DNA of 64,000 bases from Camelus dromedarius (lineage: Eukaryota). The notes beneath the pieces are model-generated. The model saw only the letters and a list, made by a program, of their open reading frames with translations. It was not told where the DNA came from and did no database searches. The DNA lies in contig NC_087436.1 in NCBI RefSeq assembly GCF_036321535.1, positions 57,972,001 through 58,036,000 of the forward strand, written 5' to 3'. The translations under genes and the position numbers were made by a program. Below, one piece after another: positions 56,622 through 64,000 of the stretch (positions are counted from its first letter, which is position 1; each line of letters begins with the position of its first letter).

Positions 56622-58869
56622 TTCTTTCTAGATGTATTACTTTCCCAGTAATATTTCACAAAATTAAACCATGTTTTTTCTTAGTATTTATCAAATTATG
56701 TCTAATATGTTAACCCCAGAATAGCTTTCTATTTCAATAGTCAATCCTGGTAGCAGATACTTGTGTTTTACCTGAAAGAATTTAAAAGAAAGAAATGCTA
56801 TGATTGTAATATTACACTACAGAATACTTGAACTTAAACTATTACAAACAGGGCAAGATTCAGTAGCTAGGCAATAAATGGGAAATCTGAGGGCAACAAA
56901 TTCTGTGCTTCCTTTACTATGTCCTTATTTGACCCTAGAAAAGTTATTTCACCCTAGAAAAGTAATTTGCCCAATAGTTAGAGCACAATGACACATACAC
57001 ATAGACAAATATAATTTTTGTCAGACTGAAAATTTCTTCTCTCTGGGCTCGTTTGCACACTTATTCTGTGTTTTGTGTGTGTGCAATACTATATTAGTTA
57101 AAATGAATATGGTCAATGACAATAAAAAGAGTGTTTTATTACTGGCTTACTCTGACGAGATTAGTACTGGAGCTACTAGTATGGAGCCATGAAACCCAAT
57201 CTTTTTTCCTCCTTGCCATTTTTTTTTTCTAAGTGAGATTACTTTTTAGCTGTTTAAATATGTGAGTCTTCATACTCCATTGTGAACTATATACTACACA
57301 TGGGTGACACTGTCACTTTTCAGTTCCCAATTCAGTTAATTCTGTAAGTTAGAAATTCTGAAAATAAATAACCCATTTCTAATGAATAGTATACTAAGAA
57401 TAAAAAAGATAGTTATAATTGGAAAGGGTGTATAGAAATTGAGAGTTATGAAATCTAGGTTGCTTTTCTTAATGTTTTCTTTGAAAGATCAGATTATTCC
57501 ATTTAGAAGATCATGATTCAGGTTTAGTGAAATCTATGGATATGCTACTCTTTCATTTGATTTTTTTTCCCAATCTGCTCAGCAGTATAATTATCCATTT
57601 TCCTTCATTTGTATTCCTATTTCAATCAAGCATTGGCTGATTCTGATCTTTATGTTATCTCCTTTGAGAATAAAAGGTTTGTAATCAAGTAAATTATCAG
57701 CATGGTTCTTCTTTCAGATCTTTTAAAGTCATAAATAAGTCCTTATGGTCAGCTACCTCTAAGACACTAGTAGAAAACAATCAGTGTGCAGCTCTGACCT
57801 CCATAAACCAACATCCCCTGCTGGAACATATGTCTCTTTTACATTCCAGAATACTTTCCCTTTTCAGTTTGGGGAGGCTTGATATACTCAGTTTTGCGTA
57901 ACGGTCCATCTGTAGCAATTCTACACCCCTGCAGGTTTCCAAACTGCTCTGGAAGATAAAGATGTCACCACAACACATATAAACCTATGTGGGACCTTAA
58001 TGAGTTCAGAAGATGATGGCATCATTATAGCAGCAAAGGATTAAAAAAAGCAGCATGTCGTAAATTAAGAATGTGAATTCAAAAGGTGACTGTTGCAGAT
58101 GAGAGAAGCATAAAGCGGGCTCTTTCATGATCCTGTTTGAAAGGAGTTCATACTGCGAATTAGTTACAAGGGCAGCCTGTAGCTGACACAAGCAATAACT
58201 ATCAGTGAACATGTATGACATTTGTCTTCTTTAGTAAATGAAGTTAAAAACTCTTAAAACTTTATTACCCCAAAGAATGTAAGTCTTTGTTATTTGTTGG
58301 AAAAAAATATAACAGTATATAACACTAGAATTCAATTCACTTAGTAACATTATTTGAAATTTAGAGTTATTTTAAGTCAAATGTATCGTATTTTTCTGTG
58401 AGGAAAAAAGTACAAGAAATACTAAGTTTTAAGTTGGGTAAGATATGAAATTTATTATCACTTTTTCTAAGTTCTTCTTACTCTTTTATGGGTAAGTGAA
58501 GGATCTATGAATAGAAAAATCATAGTGCATAAAACCCAGCACTGTTTTATCAACAATAATCTCAGCATGGAGACCATGGAGAGAACCTTGTGAGATAAAG
58601 ATATTATGATTCTGAGCAACTTTTGACTATGGTTCACAAAACTCTTGTTCTACTTCACAGAAAGAGCAATCAATCAATCAGTCAATCAAAACAAAAAGAA
58701 ATAACAAATCTGCATCTTAAATGTAAATAAAGTATTAAAGTGCATATCAAAACCAATGAGCATATCAAACCATAAGAATATTATATCAAACTCTTTTTAG
58801 CTATGAGGATCATAACACATCATTAACAAGGACTATTATCCCAATATTAAGTAACAATCAGAGATACAG

Positions 58870-59798
58870 TGGGCATTTCATTCCAAGATGGCAAAATAGA
58901 AAGTTCTTGCATTCACCTCTTCCCATGAGCACACCAAATCTAAAGCCACACATGGAGCAATTCCCTCTGAAAGAAATCCAGAAACTTGCTGAGCAAATCC
59001 TAACACCAGGCAAACAAGAAAATAACCATACTGAAATGAGTATGAAAGTCTGAGACACACTGTCACCATAAACACCATACCTGTCACAGTGACATATAGT
59101 CAGAAGAAAACTCACAATTCCCAGCTTCTTCCTGAAGAGCAAAGGGTTTGGACTCAACATCTAGCACCCAACTTTTAAGACTTCCACCTGTGAGGCAGAC
59201 CCTCAAAATGTCTGAAAGCCAATGGAGCTCACATCCATGAGGCCAACAAAAATATAACAAAGAAATAGCTCTTAACTGGCTCATGAGGACTTGCTGTGGC
59301 TATACCCCTAGGACTTAGTGCAGTGGCTGCACCATCTGATTAAAAAACGACAGATCTGATTAAACATTTTTCTAAAGATGACATACAAATGGCCAACAGG
59401 TACATGAAAAGATGTTCAACATCACTAATCATCCAGGAAATGCAAATCAAAATCATAATGAGTTATCACCTAATACCTGTTAGAATGGCTATCATCAAAA
59501 AGACAAGAGATTACAAGTGTTGGGGAGGGTGTGGAGAAAGGGAATCTTGTACACTGTTGGTGGGAAAGTATATTGGTGCAGCCAGTATGGAAAACAGTAT
59601 GGAGGTTCCTCAAAAAATTAAAAATAGAACTACCATTTTATCCAGCAATTCCACTTTTGGGTATTTTTATTCAAAGGAAATGAAAAAAAGGATATTGAAG
59701 TGATACCTGTACTCTCATGTTCATTGCAGCATTATTCACATGAGCCAAGATATGAAAAAAAACTTAAATTCCTGTCAGTGGATGAAGAGATAGAGAAA

Positions 59799-59843
<45 letters not shown>

Positions 59844-60367
59844 ATGGTATTATTCAACCAATGGAAAGAAGAAAATTCTGCCATTTTTGACCACATGGGA
59901 TAGAACTTGAGGCATTATGTTAAGTGAAATAAACCAGACAAAGGGAAATACTGTATGGTATTAGTTAAAGGCAGAAACTTAAAAAAAAAAAAAAAAAAAG
60001 TCAAACTCAGAAAAGTAGAGAGTAGAAAAGTGGTTGCCCGGGGCTGGGAGTTAGGGCAAATAGGGAAAGGTTGGTAAAATAGTATAAAATTTCAAATACA
60101 TGATGAATAAGGTCTGAGGATCTAATGTAAAATAGGATGACTATAGGTAATAACACTGTATGGTATGACTATAATTTGCTAAAAGAGAGTAGAACTTAAA
60201 TGTTCTCACACACACACAAAGATGAATATGTGATGGATGTGTTATTTAACTAGGTAAGGGGAATCCTTTCACAATGTATATGTGCATCCAATCACCACAA
60301 TGTATGCTTTAAATATCTTATAATTTTATATGTCAATTATACAATAAGAAAGAGAAAATTAAAAAAA
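58870..60367 (+). mobile_element. L1 (L1MA-like): 5'UTR-like segment joined to ORF2 C-terminus and 3'UTR; (CA)n at 59801-59841
   Basis: Starts with ccaagatggc (L1 5' YY1-type motif). ORF 59389..59703 ([21 protein letters not shown]...[17 protein letters not shown]) is the L1 ORF2p C-terminus, followed by a 3'UTR and an A-rich end. Confidence 0.88.
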
Positions 60368-63300
60368 TAGAGATAATCCCCAAACCTGCTTTTGAAAATA
60401 TTGAAAAGTTAAAAAAGATATAGTATTTGTCTCAATGTATGTAAAGGCTAAAAGTGAGAGAATGAAGAGTATGTCACATTGTTCTATTAAAAAAACTCTT
60501 ATAAATTTCTCATTTTAAGGTAAAAACAGAAGTTTATTTTTCTTCTATGATCTTACAATTTAAACTTTTAATTTTCTTTTGATTTTTTAAGCAATTTCAT
60601 TTACCAGACTTCCACATTTCAATTATATTTCCATATACAATGCATTTTCTTTTTTTTAGAACACTCTCTTAATGGTAGATATAATTAGCTAATAGTGAAT
60701 GAGACACAAGAGCGGAAAAGAGGTGATGACATAAAAAAGTGATAGGGTGTGTGTTAAAATTTAGAGTGCCATTTTTTATTCAACTCTAAGAGGTAACTTG
60801 AAGTCTACTGTGTTTGGTCTGGGATAGGAAAGTTTTCCATACTTTCCAAATTACTCAATAAATCAAAAAATAGAAGCCAGGTTGGACAGAAAAGATATAC
60901 AAGTAGATAACTACTTTCTTGAATGGCAAGTTTATTATCCTACCTAACATGTTAAGCCTGATAATATAATCCCTTAAACTCACTTATTGCTTTATTATTT
61001 TTTCTTTAAACAATAATTTAATAATATTACAGAAAATATTAGAACACAAGAAAATTGCCTATAATGAATGCTATTGCTACCACATGATTAAATCTTAATT
61101 TTGTGAATGTTATAATTCAATTATTTTTTATTCCTTTTTCATAGTTGTGATTGGTATTCATACACTTATTGTTTGTTTCAAATACCATTTCTTTAGAGAA
61201 TTTTTAAGAAACTTGAGTTTATAGTCCACTTCTTTCATGTAAAGATTTGAGGTCATTTACAAAAATTCATTCTGTACAATATAAAAGAGGAAAAATGTTA
61301 AAAGAAAAAATATGGCTCCAGTTAGCCTTGAGACCCTGTTGGAAGGCAGTAACAATGAGATCCTATGGAACAGGCTCATTGCTGTGGAATCTGCGTTTAG
61401 TGAATAGTACAGGGGGAGGACTTATGGTGCTACCTGCAGAAATGTGGTAGGAGAGGCTCATTCCTCCACCAATCTTAACTGATGCTACTTCCTCTAAACC
61501 AACAGTGAGAGATACTGACTGTTATAAGGGAGTGAAATAGTAAAGGTTAATGAGAATTTTTCCGACAGTACTAAGACAGCCCTGAATTTTGCGAGCGACC
61601 CTATGCAGTGCTGGTTAACTGCAGTAACAGTGGAGAAGAATGGAATGTTTAGGCTTACTGATAACATTCCAGGGTAGATATTGAGATTAATCCCTTTGGA
61701 ATGGAGATACAGCCCTAGAGTTGCTTTGAAATATCCAATGAGGAAAAGCCCAGAAGAACTGACTTTTCGTAATTCAAAGGATCAGACTCAGAATCATATT
61801 AACTTTAATATTTTAAAAATATAACTTTATTGCATTATGTATCAATTAACGTGTAAGTGCGCTATCTACAGTTGCCCTCTTCGTGAAGCAGATACACTGA
61901 TAAATAGAATTTTAAATACTTTAAACATTTTTAGTATAATGATGCAATTCCAAAGAAATTAAACTATCCTGCAAATAATAAGACATAAAAATAAGCATAA
62001 TCTGTTTTAAAATACTGATTAAATGAATTGTTTATTTTCTAGGTAAAAACCGTTCTTTGGCCTCTTTAATACCATTGCCAAGTTGAAGCAATTAGAAGAA
62101 AATGAGTTTGCAAATATTGCTTGAGACAGATCAAGGGAGAGTGACTGATAGAATAAAGTACATGGCAGAATGACAGGATAAGAAACATAGGGCAGGTAAG
62201 TAAAAAGAAATCTCAGAAAAAAATGATAAATTGCCATCTGTATTCTTTGTCTTTGTTAGTTGAGGCAGAATACAGGGTTTTAATGCAGCATTTTAGGTTA
62301 TAACCAGACAGCAATGATATTTTTATCCTACTAACTTCAACTGGTAATCTTCTTGCCAACTCCTACACTTAATTCCAAATTTATCAAGTCAGGAAAAAAA
62401 AAAAATAAAACCTTCTTTGAAAGTCACTCCATTCCGAAGTAAATTCTAATCTCTCCCCTGTCAATAACTTGTTCAACCATTTTAGACAAGTCACTGAACC
62501 TTCTATGCTGATGTTTTCTCAGCTGTAAAGCTGAGAGAATTTCAATGACCTATCTTGCAGGGTGAGTGAAGAGAGCACCTGATAAAAAAGAGGCTCTTTC
62601 CAGGGAGGAGGTGCTATGTACAAAAAGAATGGTAGCAACTTTGCCTCTTGGCATAGAATATAGAGAGGAAAGATGCAACAACTTCCCAACGCCTTAGGCA
62701 AGTGGTATGTGATCTAAGTGTGCCAAACGGAAATTCAGATCCTCCACCAGCAAAGACAATTGCTTTCATTTCCTATTAATAAGAAATATGTTTCTTTGCC
62801 AAGGTATTGATAATGTAGAACAAATCTAGAGCCATAGAATTCAACTGTCTTTATTTTTTACACACTTATTAATAAGTTTTAATAAAGTCCTTCTAGCATT
62901 TGTAGTCTAATGATGTTATTACCAGCAACAGCCATTATTCATGCCAAATTAAGACACTCAAACATTGTAGTAGTCAGTTTAAAACTACATTTGCTGCATT
63001 AAGAGTGATGTGGAGAACTATTTTCTCTGAATGTGTTTACTCACAGCTGAAAATCCCTCAATGGTATGACCTTTATATTCACCATTTAAAAAGCTTAACA
63101 ATACTTTCCCCCAGCAGCTTAGAGGAGAAGATAATTCTTTCCCAAGAGGAAAAAAAAAAAAAATGCTGCAATGCTGGTTGGAGAAATGAAGGCGAGGATA
63201 ACGACAGCAATAACAGGCCAAGTAATTACGCTAATTGTTTATCTGTTTGTAAATGCAGGCACTCAATATTTACCATGTTCAGTTTTTGTCTAATACTACC

Positions 63301-63557
63301 ATTTTCATACCTGTAGCTTCAATCAGGATAGGAGTATCTAGTCTCAAATGAGAAATAACCTCTTACTAATTTAATGCAATAATTGAATTCATTCACCTTT
63401 AACCTAAATATCTAAAAATAAACAATTTAGTTGGGAGAAAAAAACCTGAACATATTTTCAGTTGTTCTTTGCAAATTGTTGTTAAGCATCTGCACACACA
63501 CACACCATGCACACACACCAGGTATTATTCTTTGTCTGGTCAAGGACTGACTTCACT

Positions 63558-63607
63558 GTTCCCATGGCAACCCTGTTTGTTCAGTGCTCTCTTTCAGCAG
63601 CTGCTGA
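63558..63607. promoter_or_regulatory. Candidate intronic enhancer core: RFX X-box plus palindromic E-box
   Basis: GTTCCCATGGCAAC at 63558-63571 and TCAGCAGCTGCTGA at 63594-63607. Motif match only. Confidence 0.35.
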
Positions 63608-64000
63608 TTACACTTTGAATTTTATTTGCATTCATGATTAAGGAGGAGTATAAAAGACTGAGGTAAAAAAAAATTTAAAGAGCAATAAGAGGATAAAAGA
63701 CATTTCAATCAATGATTCTCTGCAGCTTCAATTAAAAATAAGAATAAGAGGAGATACCAGGATTTCAGAAACTTTTATTTAATGGTTGACTGGCTATTAC
63801 AACAATATTAAATGAAGATGCCACTACCATCCTGAACTTTCGCCATTTTGCAAGGCCGTACACTATTAGCTATAAGATCATATAGACAATTTTTGTTTTC
63901 TAGTAATGATTGCTCTGCTTTCAAAAATAATAAATGCATATTTCTGTTCTAGGACTGGATTAAGATAAAAGAAAAAAATATTTAGTACAGCATAATTTCT

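Noticed and set aside
59389..59703. 104-aa ORF as a host gene
   Set aside because: It is an L1 ORF2p C-terminal remnant that drifts out of frame.

Overview
This is AT-rich, CpG-poor mammalian genomic DNA, not microbial. The window lies inside GRID2 (glutamate receptor delta-2, GluD2), transcribed on the minus strand. It holds two coding exons of the amino-terminal domain: 33025-32741 (285 nt) and 15908-15703 (206 nt). Both have canonical AG/GT ends, splice in frame across a 16,832-nt intron, and match human exons 3 and 4 as I recall them. The rest is intronic and full of old interspersed repeats (L1, L2, MIR, MaLR/ERV LTRs, MER DNA transposons) and microsatellites. A tRNA-Ala-derived SINE resembling camelid Vic-1, plus cetartiodactyl-type L1 3' ends, suggests a camelid genome (inference). 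The other ORFs in the track are chance or repeat-derived. I found no convincing novel biological system. The best second-look items are a perfect 20-bp-arm palindrome, two AG|GT recursive-splice-like sites on the GRID2 strand, two motif-dense candidate enhancers and an internally deleted L1. Repeat family names come from recalled consensus sequences, and repeat boundaries are approximate.
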